Source: Atractiella rhizophila
Taxonomy: Eukaryota
Direction: 5' to 3'
NCBI GenBank assembly: GCA_021432655.1
Contig: MU271393.1
Coordinates: forward strand, 1-64,000
DNA length: 64,000 bases
This document shows positions 12,401-24,068 of the stretch, one piece after another (positions within the stretch are counted from its first letter, which is position 1; every line of letters begins with the position of its first letter). Position numbers and translations under genes: made by a program. The notes beneath the pieces are model-generated. The model searched no databases, was not told the DNA's origin, and saw only the letters and a list, made by a program, of their open reading frames with translations.

Positions 12401-14815
12401 CAAACCTCGAGATAATGAGGTTTGGCTTCGGCCCAGCATGAAGAAATTCAAGAGCTGTCACTCAATCCTCGGTGTGGTCAAGGTAAGCTCATATTGCAGA
12501 TCCATTCTAGCGATAGCAGTACACAGGTCTCAGGATACAAGAACGGGTTCTTAAACCGTGAAGTTATCAGTCTCTTATTCCCTCGTAAGATTTTCATCAA
12601 AAAAGAAGCATCACACAGAACTAACAGCCATTGTAGGAGGGATATCCTCCAAATATCTCATAGAGATGTTCAAACAACAGGTCGATCGAGCTTTGCGCCT
12701 TGCGGATGACGTTCGCGATAATGGAAAGCATCTGTCGACCTGGCAAAAAGCAATTACTTCCCTGCGACAGGTATGGCAGCTTTATGCGAAACCCGTATTG
12801 ACCTCGTGACAGTTCCCTCTACCGGAGCTTCTCGATGCTGGCTTTGCCAAGGATCCATTGGTCCGATCAATTATCCGCGAGTAATGTTCCACTCTTTATT
12901 AAAGCTGAGTGTTTACCTAGGTTTATTGCAATATCGCGCTCTTCATAACTTGAAATGGAAGTGCTGGATTGAATTGGAGTCAGGGTTTAACGGTCTTGGT
13001 ATGGTGTGAATATTGCTCTGTGGTGATATTCAAAGGTGCAGTAGGCATTTTGGACGAGTTAGGCGTGTTGCAAGAGAACCAAATTTACTGTCAAGTCTGC
13101 GACGCAGACGGAAAGAAACGCACGATAGTAGGGCGGTGCATAATTTGGAGAGCTCCGTACACCTTTCTTACCATAAAGGCAGCTAGCAGGACTGATTTTT
13201 TGTCTCAGCACAAGACATCCTGGCGACATTCAAATCGTTGAAGCGGGTGAGGCCAACTATAAATCTACCTGTCTATATGTTGAGTGAGGGACAGTTGATC
13301 ATCCAGCTCTCGCGGCTGCTGAACTCCCCAACGTAATTGTTTTCAATAGAAAAGGAGAAAGAGACCTGCCCAATAAACTCGGAGGGGGCGATCTCGACGG
13401 TCAGCTTTCTTCACTGCTTCAATGACATAGAGCTTATACACACACTAGGTGACGATTATACTATTTGTTGGGATCCCAACCTGGTACCTGAGCATCCCGC
13501 ACCACCAATGGACTACGAATCTGAAAAGCCAGACACAATTGAATCCATGGATGCGCGCGAGATTGCATTGGAAATTAAAGGGGTAAGTCTTCCCTTGCGC
13601 CGCGGAATAGTCAATAGAAGGTGGTTTAGTTTCATCAAGAGTAGTATGCTACTCTTTGATGACGTTATCATCTGCTGAAGTCCGCGAAAGTTTGAAGTCC
13701 GACAACTTGGGAACGATCAGTAATGCTCACCTCGCGATATCCGATTATCTTGGTCCATCTGACCCTCGCGCTTTAAGGTTAGCAACGCTGCACAGGTCAG
13801 TTCACCTTCTACTTCTGAAGAGATACTGACCCATCTGAGACTAGCACCGCCGTCGACTTTGCAAAGAGTGAGGACAAAATCTGAATCGACCGTCTTACTG
13901 ATTCCTTGTAAAGCTGGCATTCCTGCTATCATGGCGCCTGATCTACGACCAGAGCGATTCCCCGATTTTATGGGCCCAAGGTACGTGAACGTAACCTGGA
14001 GTGGAATCGTGGTGACGCCCCGATTGATGAGCCTTTAGACGGAAAGGGAATACTTACAAGGCACGTTTCTTATTCAAGAAGCGGTTAAGACTGATGACAT
14101 GCCCTTCCGTAAGAGTGAGAATCCACTTGGCCTGATGTTTAGGGATGAGAAGCTCAATCCTTTACCAATCTTCAAGATGTCTCAGAAGGGATCCATGGAT
14201 GACAGGCTTGCTAGCAGACCTGTCCCGGAACCCATGCTAGTTCAGCTCCGTCAGTTGAAAAAAGGCTACGATACTGAGCTCGAAACCTTAATGGCTCGAT
14301 ATAATTGCACAGAGGCTGAGCTCGTTTCTGGTTTGTCTGTCACATTGTGAAATACCCACGTTGACACGGTATTAGGGTGCGTTCTGCCATTACCTGGTGG
14401 CCTCAAGCGACTGGATAAAGATCAAAAACTCGAAGATCCCGTGACGACGTCTTTTAAGATGCTGCAGCTTCACTACCAGCATCTGGTAGAGTCGAGGATC
14501 GAACACATGGGACCAGCATCATCTACGAAGGACAAAGTAATGGAACAGCTGGCACTGGCTGCCTACAAAGTTAGCTTTGAGGAACTGGAAGCAGGAAAGC
14601 ATGCAAGAATTAAGAAACGTGTCCTTCTTAGCTTTGGTTGGATGTGGTGGAAGACATTGGTCCAAGTGGTGCAGCGTGTACCTGCGTCGAATGGTCATCA
14701 GCATCAACCTGTCGCGCCAAAATTAGCGAAACCAGAAGAGAAACAACATTCTCCATCCCACTCTTTTCTTGGGTCCAAAAACACCTTCGTCAACGATCAT
14801 ACACGGCGGAGCTAG
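9418..14815 (+). CDS. Eukaryotic RNA-dependent RNA polymerase (RdRP, RNAi pathway), many introns; start approximate
   Basis: Ordered RdRP motifs: AARRGQLFSTT, YSDGVG, AQIR-LGGGKG, VWLRPSMKKF, LNREVISLL, VGILDELGVLQENQIYCQ, HPGDIQ, catalytic LGGGDLDG/DDY (13378-13460), TVDSAKSG (minus DxxKxG-like motif; spliced) and RPERFPDFM. Confidence 0.92.
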
Positions 14816-15157
14816 ATGCTTCCACATCGTTGTCGCGTTCGCAGGATGGCAGGAAATCAAAACCGAGGTCTGGAGCTTTAAGAGGAAAGCCTGAGGACAT
14901 TCGAAGACAGGTGCATAACCAATACCGCGATTGGTTGAAACAGGATGATTTGACGTGGGATTGAGTTGTTCTGTGCTGAATGTCTGCAGAAGAAGTGAGT
15001 GGGGTTCATCAGTTGATCACATTGATTCACAATCTTGTGTGTTCAGCATTTCATTAGCGTGTTTTCCGTTATTCGCTTGATAATTCATACCCGCAATAGG
15101 CATCATGCAAGGAAATAAACATTTGAACACAACATCTACAAATCAAAGAGCAACGTT

Positions 15158-18100
15158 CTACCCAAAACTCTTCAGTTCAATTTTTGGTGCAAGGTTTGCA
15201 CTTGGTTGAGCTACTACCTTCTCCTGCCCAGCCATTGCTTTCCGGAGGGCTGACTCCAAAAGATTCCTCTGCTCTGATTCTAATGAGTTTGTTGCGTCTT
15301 TAAAAGCCGTAGGATCCTGTGATACAACAGCTACCAACTGAGAAATCGTCGCTTGATGAACCGCTGAGGATTGATTTGCCTCGTTCGCTTCAAGGAGAAG
15401 GATGAAAGTGGGAAGTAGAATCTCCAAAGGTTTCGCCCCTAAGAAATGTGTTTAATTTTGCTATACTTGTAGACAGCAATCGCTGCAAAGCTTACGTTGT
15501 TCGGATGGGCACGCGCTCCAAAAACTCATTAACGTCTTCAGCACATCCTGCAGGGTGCTGAATCGCAATTCTGTCTTGTCTAACATAGACGGGCTAGCCG
15601 CTTCGCGGGCGATAACTTCGATTAAGCCTGGCAAAAGTTGGCCCAGGCAATACTTCAGACCTGGACGGTTTGGTGTGCTTGCAGCAAGAACTAATGATCG
15701 TATACAGTGCACGGCTAAGGCTGATAGCTGATATCGTAAACGTTAGATTGATTCAGAATGATGTGAAAACTCACCTCGGCGTCATCTGAAGCAGCTTGTT
15801 GGGACAACATGAAGCCACAGTTCTCTATAAGTCCTTGGCTGAGTTTCACCGTTGGTGGTATGCTCGTCAGTAACAGGGTAAGCGCAAGCATGTTATTCTT
15901 TCGCTTGAGCACAACTGCAACCCCCTGTCGCCCACTGAAAACGGATGAGATATAAACTTAGTGATCGGGCAACAGCCTACCTCACATCGTCCACGCTTTG
16001 TATGCAGGTCGACAGTAAACCTTGAATAATAAGGCTTATTGCAGATTGGTCAACCGACTTCGATTGCGTGCACCGCTCGCAGATTGCTTTCAACGTCGGT
16101 AAGAGCTGGCCGGCAACATCGACGTCAGCCACTTCCTCCTTCAATAATTCTGCAATCCCCACAAGCTGTTAGGGAGCGCCGAAAGTATAAGAATGTCCTC
16201 ACCCGCATAGAGGTGAAAGGCGATGGCATACAGGTCAGCTTTGTATGCCGAAGGGTATAGATCTGCAATGTCGGTGTAAACTGCAAAAGACGTCCGCAAG
16301 AGCTCTAGCCTTGATTCCCCTTGGGTTTTAACTAGTTTCAAAATAAGACATATTTCATAAAACATATCTTCCTCACCTCTCGCCAATCCTGATAGAGAAA
16401 CTCCTTGGTGCAAAATGCAAGTCACCACCCTGAGACATTGAGTCATTCGTGAAGTTGTCAGCACGGTTATTTCTGGCGACCCGTTCATTCTGGAAGAAAA
16501 TATTTATTACAGCCGTGAAGCAGTTATGAACGACTTACGGAGGTACGTCAGTAATGTCGTTGAGCACCTTTGAGTACGATTTGGCAAGTCGGAGCATCAG
16601 GTTTGCGATGCGAATTTGGATAGCTGGACTTTCCGTCATGACCAGACGGAGCATGAGACTGAGCAATTCTTCGAAAATATTGTCCTGGAACAGGGATTGA
16701 CCAGCGATCGGGGGCTGAACCAGTCCCTCGATTGCAAAGATTGCTGTTTTGAAAACCGAAGCAGTTGTAGCAGGCTCTTGATTAAGAGAAGGAGCAGCGA
16801 GGACTTCGTAAGCAAGACCATACAACACAAAAAAGTAAGCAGCGGGATCATCGCGACTGGGATTTGGGCTGTAGGTCGGAGTTGCCTCTTGTGCATCTAA
16901 AGCAGCGAAGATGAACTTGTTATTCGCCTGCATTAACGTTGCGATAGCTTGAAGGATGGGTAACCAGGCTCTTTCGTAATACTGTCCTCCCATATTAAGA
17001 TCAATGAGACAAACTTAAAGAGAACTAACTGGTAATGCAGCTTCTCGGGTCATCCCAGAATGAACAGAATCGAAAGCTCCAGTTCCAGTGGAGGAATCAG
17101 ACGCCCCTGCGTCGGGATCTGAACGCATCTTGGCGTATTCACGGAGGGATGCAACCCAGAAAGGACAGAGTGTGGCAATATGAGGAGAAACAACATCGAC
17201 GAGATAGCGTTGTTCAATACTTGCGGCTTGAAACTGTGCCCATGCTGCGAAAATCGAGGTCTTTAACATCACAACGGCGGTCGTACTCAAGTTCCTGACT
17301 TCTCCAAGAGATACCATGTCGGGATCTACAGCATCACATTTAGCATGGGGGGAGCAATAAAACAGATTTCATACCCTTGCAGTTTTCTAGCGCGTTTGTG
17401 AGCAACTTGAGGATTCTGCCCATTTTATCGATTTCTTTCACAATACCGGAACCCACAAACACGCCACAAATCTCCACGGCAAGTGAGAGTACTTCTGGAT
17501 AGGAGTCGGCAGCAAAGGCGGGAGTGAGAGCAGACGTAATTGGCGCTTGGTACTGCTCAAGTAGAAGCGCGTCTTCAAAATCAGGATCGCGGGATTTTTG
17601 AAAGTTCTGTTTAAAGGTCAGCCTACACAGAATTACAAGCAATGCTGTACCTCAATCACATCTCGTAGCACAAGAAGCCCCTCCAAACGGATATCCATAA
17701 CTTGCGCTGTCGAGGCAGTGAAAGCCATTTTGATGATGTCTGATATCCGATTGACAAGAAGAAATTTTGGGTTCACTCTACTCGCTCTTCCGACCAAAGG
17801 ATCAAAGTGCTGCAACTTCCCCGAACTTTGAACGGTCAAGAAGACTTGATGGAGGCATTGTAAAGCGAACAGTTGGGTGCGCCACCGAGACGTTAACCTC
17901 GCAAACATGGGTACTCCTCCTTCCGTACCTAGACCTTGAGACTCCTCATCATTCAAAGCAAAGGGGTCATCATCTTGCGCAGCCGCCTCTACAACCTGCC
18001 GGGAAACTGCAGATTTGGACATGATACGTTGGCATAGATCCACCCAACCGCACGGGTTCAAATCAGCAGTTTGCTTCAACCAACTGTTGATGGCATCTCG

Positions 18101-21100
18101 TACGCCTTCGATACTTGGATCGTCATCGAGAAGTGCAAACAGATCTGAGACCAGACGGTCGCCACCGAACTTAGACATCAGAGACGCATTGCGCTGAACG
18201 AGCTGGTACACGCTGTTGACTGCAGCGAGTTTGAGAGGTCTTCTGGAGGAAGAAAGGTGAGTTCTGAGCTGTTGGACAAGCTGAGGCAGATCGACGGAAT
18301 CCGGTGCGAAAATGAGGAAATGTTGCATGCAGCGTATCGATTCGACAACTACGCACTCGTCTGTCTCCTGTGAGAATTCTGCTAGAAGAGTCAAGACGAG
18401 ATCTCGAGCCCTCTCTGACTCTTGTAGTTCTGGACCTAGAACTCCGATCAAAGCGTCCACAATCTTCGCAAAAGCCTGATAAGCTGGGAGATCTCCTCTC
18501 ATGTTGACGCTTGAAACAGATCCTCCTTCTGGTTCGTGAGTTTCTGACATGTACAGCTTGACAACCATCCCCAAAGTCCCATTGACAAAGGGGGAGTAAC
18601 TGAGTCCCGCACCGTTGATGACGCGACTGAGAGATTGAAGTGCCCAAAAGTGAACGACCGGGTGGGGATCAGCGGAAAGAGACATAAGCACGTCGACAAT
18701 GGTCTTAAGGACAGGACCAGCTCCCATTCCACCGACGTTCTTGTACATTTCCCCAAACGCGAGAGCACACCCAGCTCTTCCTGAAGGGTCGGTGTTGCTC
18801 ACAACGTGATTGACAAGAAACTGGATTTGATTGTTCATGAACGTCGCACCTGCAAGATATGCGATTCTTCCCATCGACTCGCTGGCTGCATTTCGGAGTC
18901 GATGATCAGAATGCATCAATCCGTCTTTAATGAAGTCGCGGAGGAGGATTGGAACTTGAGTGGCTGCGAGAGAGTCGTTGGAACGCTTGCTGCTGTTGGT
19001 GAGGAATCTCAATGCTCCTAAGGAAGCTACGATGGCGTTGACTAAAATGGCCATCTTCCTTCCAGGATTCTTCTCTAATTTCCCGCTCCGAAGATGATTC
19101 GTTAATTGCTGTAGAAGGGCTGTCTGTGTAGTCGATTCCTGTATGGGGAAGTACATCGCGAAAACCTCCAGGGCTGAGTCGACGACGGCCGTGGCTGCCG
19201 GTGGAGGAGCAAAGATTTCATCTGCATCCACTTCTTCCCCACTCTCCTGCCTCCAGCTCAAAATGGCAGGGTCATGCTCAGCCGCTCCCATCACTGCCCG
19301 GCTCATCAACTCGTCCATCCGAGCATCAATAGAATCCCGGTTTAGGTGATCTGACACCTTCCTCTCCTCCTGACCGAGTGCAATGTTTTCCTCAGAAATC
19401 AGGCTCGTCACTCCATATCCGAAACCGTCAGTCGTGTCCCAAACCGACACGAATGCGCCTGATCCAGCAGCAATTGCAGCCTGGACAGGATTGTGACCCG
19501 TGTAGCGTTCGGGATCTGCAAATATAGAGATAGCAGTATTTAGGAGGGTGGTGTGCAGTGTCTCCGCACTCGCATTTCTTCCTAGCGCCACAAAGCATTG
19601 CAGGAGCCGTCGACGGTACATCAAATCGCGATCGACGAGTTTGAGCGTCCCCGACGTAGAAGGCAGGTGATCCGCTATATCTGCTCCTTTGAGAGATGTG
19701 AGGGAGTTTGCGAAAGCAAGAGCGTTGGACAGGATTGCGACTAATCTTCTGCTTGTGTCTTGATTCAGGAGGCCGGCGTTATGCTTAAGGAAAGAGAGAA
19801 CAGAAGCAAGGGCTTGTTCCCGAATCGCAAGCAGAAAGAGCCACTCCTCCTCCCTCCTGACCTGGGCCGCACTCGCGTCCTTATTTGTGGGTTTAGGAAG
19901 AGCGTTCTTCCACAATATGAGGAGTTGAGGGAGGTGCAAGCGTACGAAGTTGGATCCCAGAGACATAAGAGCACCAATGACAGTCCAAGCGGCCTGAATC
20001 TCAGTAGACGATATTTGCAGCTCGTGATCCGCAGATTGTTTGAGAAGTTGGATGGCGAGAGACATGCATTTAGCAGACACGTCGAAAGAGACGTAAAGCG
20101 GTTTCCTTGGTATCAAACTGATAAGCGCTGCCAGACTACGAGCGTGTCCAATAGTTCTCCTCGCGATATCCGCTGGCGGAGAAGGGAGAGAGATGAGCGA
20201 GAGGTCTTTGGAGAGAAGTTCGAGGAGCTGAACGATCGTGGGCGAGAGACGGGAAGGGTTAGCGGTGCAGAACGCTCTGAGTGTCCAAGCCGCATAAGTC
20301 TGTACACTGTTCGAGGGATGACCTTGGAGGCGCATCAACGGCTCCGCCAGTACATCTTCCACGGCAGGTGGCGTGCTTCCAAGCTGCCTAATAAGAGCAG
20401 CAGTTTCCTGGAGGGCTAGGATAAGAGCCTGCTTTGAAGGGGCCTTCTCCCCTGCAATAAGTGCTGGGTATTTCGAGAGGTACATAGAAGCGAAGTCTCT
20501 GATGGCAGCAATCTGGCCCATCTCGCTTAGTAGCCTGACACCTACGACTTGTCGGAGGAGAAGTGCCACTTGGTGCCGTACGACAAGAGCATCGTATCTT
20601 GCCGTCTGGGCATTCGAAGGTGTGAGAAGCATATTAATTGCTGCTTTTGCACCTGGATGAAAACTCGAATTGCTCCAGCCAAGCCCCGCTCCTTGTCCAC
20701 ACCCCAATTCCTCCACTAAATGGCGTACCAGATCATCGTAGCATCCTTCCGTCCATCCTGTCCCAAGNNNNNNNNNNNNNNNNNNNNNNNNNNNNNNNNN
20801 NNNNNNNNNNNNNNNNNNNNNNNNNNNNNNNNNNNNNNNNNNNNNNNNNNNNNNNNNNNNNNNNNNNNNNNNNNNNNNNNNNNNNNNNNNNNNNNNNNNN
20901 NNNNNNNNNNNNNNNNNNNNNNNNNNNNNNNNNNNNNNNNNNNNNNNNNNNNNNNNNNNNNNNNNNNNNNNNNNNNNNNNNNNNNNNNNNNNNNNNNNNN
21001 NNNNNNNNNNNNNNNNNNNNNNNNNNNNNNNNNNNNNNNNNNNNNNNNNNNNNNNNNNNNNNNNNNNNNNNNNNNNNNNNNNNNNNNNNNNNNNNNNNNN

Positions 21101-22045
21101 NNNNNNNNNNNNNNNNNNNNNNNNNNNNNNNNNNNNNNNNNNNNNNNNNNNNNNNNNNNNNNNNNNNNNNNNNNNNNNNNNNNNNNNNNNNNNNNNNNNN
21201 NNNNNNNNNNNNNNNNNNNNNNNNNNNNNNNNNNNNNNNNNNNNNNNNNNNNNNNNNNNNNNNNNNNNNNNNNNNNNNNNNNNNNNNNNNNNNNNNNNNN
21301 NNNNNNNNNNNNNNNNNNNNNNNNNNNNNNNNNNNNNNNNNNNNNNNNNNNNNNNNNNNNNNNNNNNNNNNNNTCAGATTTATGTCTGCAGAGCTCGAAA
21401 TGCGTAAAAGTGCCCAAGATAACTCACGTAAGATGCTGTCTTGAATATACGCAGGCTACCAGCCACGATATCACTGACCATCCCTCTGACCTCACTCCCC
21501 ACTTTCTCCTCACCCATGATATCCCCAAGCAAACTAAGCGTAGCAACCTTGGTTTCTCGATTTGTATCCAGCACAGGTCCATCAAGTCCTTTCATGAGTG
21601 AGCTAACGAAGTCGTAGAGTCCCGTTGGGCCTAAATACCGGAAAAGGAGGAGCACACATCTTGCCAAGATCGCTCGTAGCGCGCGTCCGGTACGTGGAGT
21701 AGGAGTGGGAGAGGGAACAGACGAAGATGTGATGAGGCTTTGGAATTGAGCGAGCAGTTGAGGTTGGATGCCACGGATGGTTTCCTGCACCATTCCCAAA
21801 ACGCAGAGTAAAGCAGAACATCAGACTTCTGCCACAATCCCCTTCACGAGAACATGGGAATAAGGCGAACATACCTCAGAAAACTGAATCTGATCGTCCT
21901 TGCCATTGCCAGTGAAAGAGCACAGAAGACACTTCTCCACTCCCTCCGCCCACGTGAGCAGGAATAGCTCTCCCTTGTCCCCTACGGCGGCTGATTGGAG
22001 GGCAGTGTCGTCTAGATGAAATGGCGGGGGAAGGGGAATGCTCAT
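15158..22045 (-). CDS. LAA1: HEAT-repeat AP-1 adaptor accessory protein Laa1/Sip1/HEATR5; interrupted by the gap 20768-21373
   Basis: Motifs VRLHLPQLLILWKNALPKP, DPSGRAGCALAFG, DPHPVVHFWAL, RWRTQLFALQCL, LLEQYQAPITSALTPAF and C-terminal PKIELKSFG. Includes a 1027-codon exon. Confidence 0.93.
20768..21373. other. Assembly gap (N run) inside LAA1
   Basis: Run of N seen directly. Confidence 1.
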
Positions 22046-22069
22046 CTTGATGGTTGTTTGGTAAACTCA

Positions 22070-22864
22070 NNNNNNNNNNNNNNNNNNNNNNNNNNNNNNN
22101 NNNNNNNNNNNNNNNNNNNNNNNNNNNNNNNNNNNNNNNNNNNNNNNNNNNNNNNNNNNNNNNNNNNNNNNNNNNNNNNNNNNNNNNNNNNNNNNNNNNN
22201 NNNNNNNNNNNNNNNNNNNNNNNNNNNNNNNNNNNNNNNNNNNNNNNNNNNNNNNNNNNNNNNNNNNNNNNNNNNNNNNNNNNNNNNNNNNNNNNNNNNN
22301 NNNNNNNNNNNNNNNNNNNNNNNNNNNNNNNNNNNNNNNNNNNNNNNNNNNNNNNNNNNNNNNNNNNNNNNNNNNNNNNNNNNNNNNNNNNNNNNNNNNN
22401 NNNNNNNNNNNNNNNNNNNNNNNNNNNNNNNNNNNNNNNNNNNNNNNNNNNNNNNNNNNNNNNNNNNNNNNNNNNNNNNNNNNNNNNNNNNNNNNNNNNN
22501 NNNNNNNNNNNNNNNNNNNNNNNNNNNNNNNNNNNNNNNNNNNNNNNNNNNNNNNNNNNNNNNNNNNNNNNNNNNNNNNNNNNNNNNNNNNNNNNNNNNN
22601 NNNNNNNNNNNNNNNNNNNNNNNNNNNNNNNNNNNNNNNNNNNNNNNNNNNNNNNNNNNNNNNNNNNNNNNNNNNNNNNNNNNNNNNNNNNNNNNNNNNN
22701 NNNNNNNNNNNNNNNNNNNNNNNNNNNNNNNNNNNNNNNNNNNNNNNNNNNNNNNNNNNNNNNNNNNNNNNNNNNNNNNNNNNNNNNNNNNNNNNNNNNN
22801 NNNNNNNNNNNNNNNNNNNNNNNNNNNNNNNNNNNNNNNNNNNNNNNNNNNNNNNNNNNNNNNN
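22070..22864. other. Assembly gap (N run)
   Basis: Run of N seen directly. Confidence 1.
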
Positions 22865-23169
22865 CTATCTTTGGTTTCTTTATGGGCGATCAAGTTGTGG
22901 GGAATCGGTGACGATTCTCCTCTGCTGCAACGTAGATGCCGCGGTACCTCAGCGACAGACATTCCGTGAGGTGAGGTGCAGGCTGCACAAACTCGGTCGA
23001 CTGTCTCCTCGGTTCTCTGAAATTAGCAAAGCACCCCACGTTAGAAAGCCTCGAAGTGGATGAGAGGGTGCGATCAACGTTTCACGCCGGGTGTTCCTCC
23101 TCGTCTTCAAGTAGTTAATATGTTGGAGAAACCTTCGCAGAGGAGTGGGCAGACTGTCTCCGCTCAACG

Positions 23170-23176
23170 TATAAAA
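23170..23176 (+). promoter_or_regulatory. TATA box of the small secreted peptide gene
   Basis: TATAAAA lies about 160 nt upstream of ATG 23332. A probable 5'UTR intron (GTAAGT 23254 to CAG 23317) sits between them. Confidence 0.55.
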
Positions 23177-23331
23177 ACTAGAGACATATTCTGCTTTTCA
23201 GTATCAATTCTACAACAATCGACAGTGTTGATAGCCGGTCTCAAATTCCTCGAGTAAGTGTTTAACGAATGTTCAACCAATGGTAGATATGGTGAGGTGA
23301 CAATAATAACAAAGCAGAAAGTCCAAGAAAC

Positions 23332-23556
23332 ATGAAGGTCCTCGCGCTCATATCTACTCTTCTCGCTGCTGCTTTTGCAGCCGAATGCTCCCAAGTAGGA
23401 TGGTCGACTCAACAACAATGCTCGGATGTTTCTGGCTGCACGCTCTCTGAATGCAGGCAAACTTCGAACGATGGTATGTCATTTAATATTTCCAGAGCCG
23501 GCGAGAGCTAATATATTGTGCGCTATGCTATAGGCACCTGGCACTGCTGTGATTGA
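23332..23556 (+). CDS. Small secreted cysteine-rich peptide (54 aa, 6 Cys); exons 23332-23473 and 23534-23556
   Basis: Product MKVLALISTLLAAAFA-AECSQVGWSTQQQCSDVSGCTLSECRQTSNDGTWHCCD*. It has a clear signal peptide and a 60-nt GTATGT...GCTAAT...TAG intron whose removal supplies the final CC. Not in the ORF track. Confidence 0.8.
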
Positions 23557-24068
23557 GACTTCGAAGATGGTGGAATTGGGCTCGCATAAAGTGCTTCAAT
23601 AGCTTGAAATGGATTCCATTCCCTCAATACTCTTGTTTCTTTCCCGCACATGAAATTAGGCGGATCTGCAAGAATAACTTGGCGTCGAATGTTAAAGAGC
23701 TAACTTGAACGAGAGGAAAGTAGCCGGAGAATGAGCTCGGAGACGAGTCTCAGAGGGCCGGCAAAGAACTTTTTGCAGACATCCACTTTAGTATTTGCAC
23801 TTGTTAGCGCGTGCATGCTAACAGAATGCCAAGCCAAGGCTGGGGGCGGAAGGTTTGATTCGAGTCTTTGATTGATTGATTTCGACATTCGCTGCGACCT
23901 GCGCTCCGAAGTCTGCCTGACCTCTATGGCGCGATAGTCTCCTCATTTCGCGTGGTCGCATTGATGGTCTCCAAATAAAACTTTTCCTTGTCAGCCTCAG
24001 TTCGCGCCGTGAAAGAAAGCTCAATCGCCAAGGGTGTACACTTGCCGCCGCTACAAGTGTCTCATACT

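Noticed and set aside
20638..22969. Long ORFs made mostly of X
   Set aside because: They only span N gaps.
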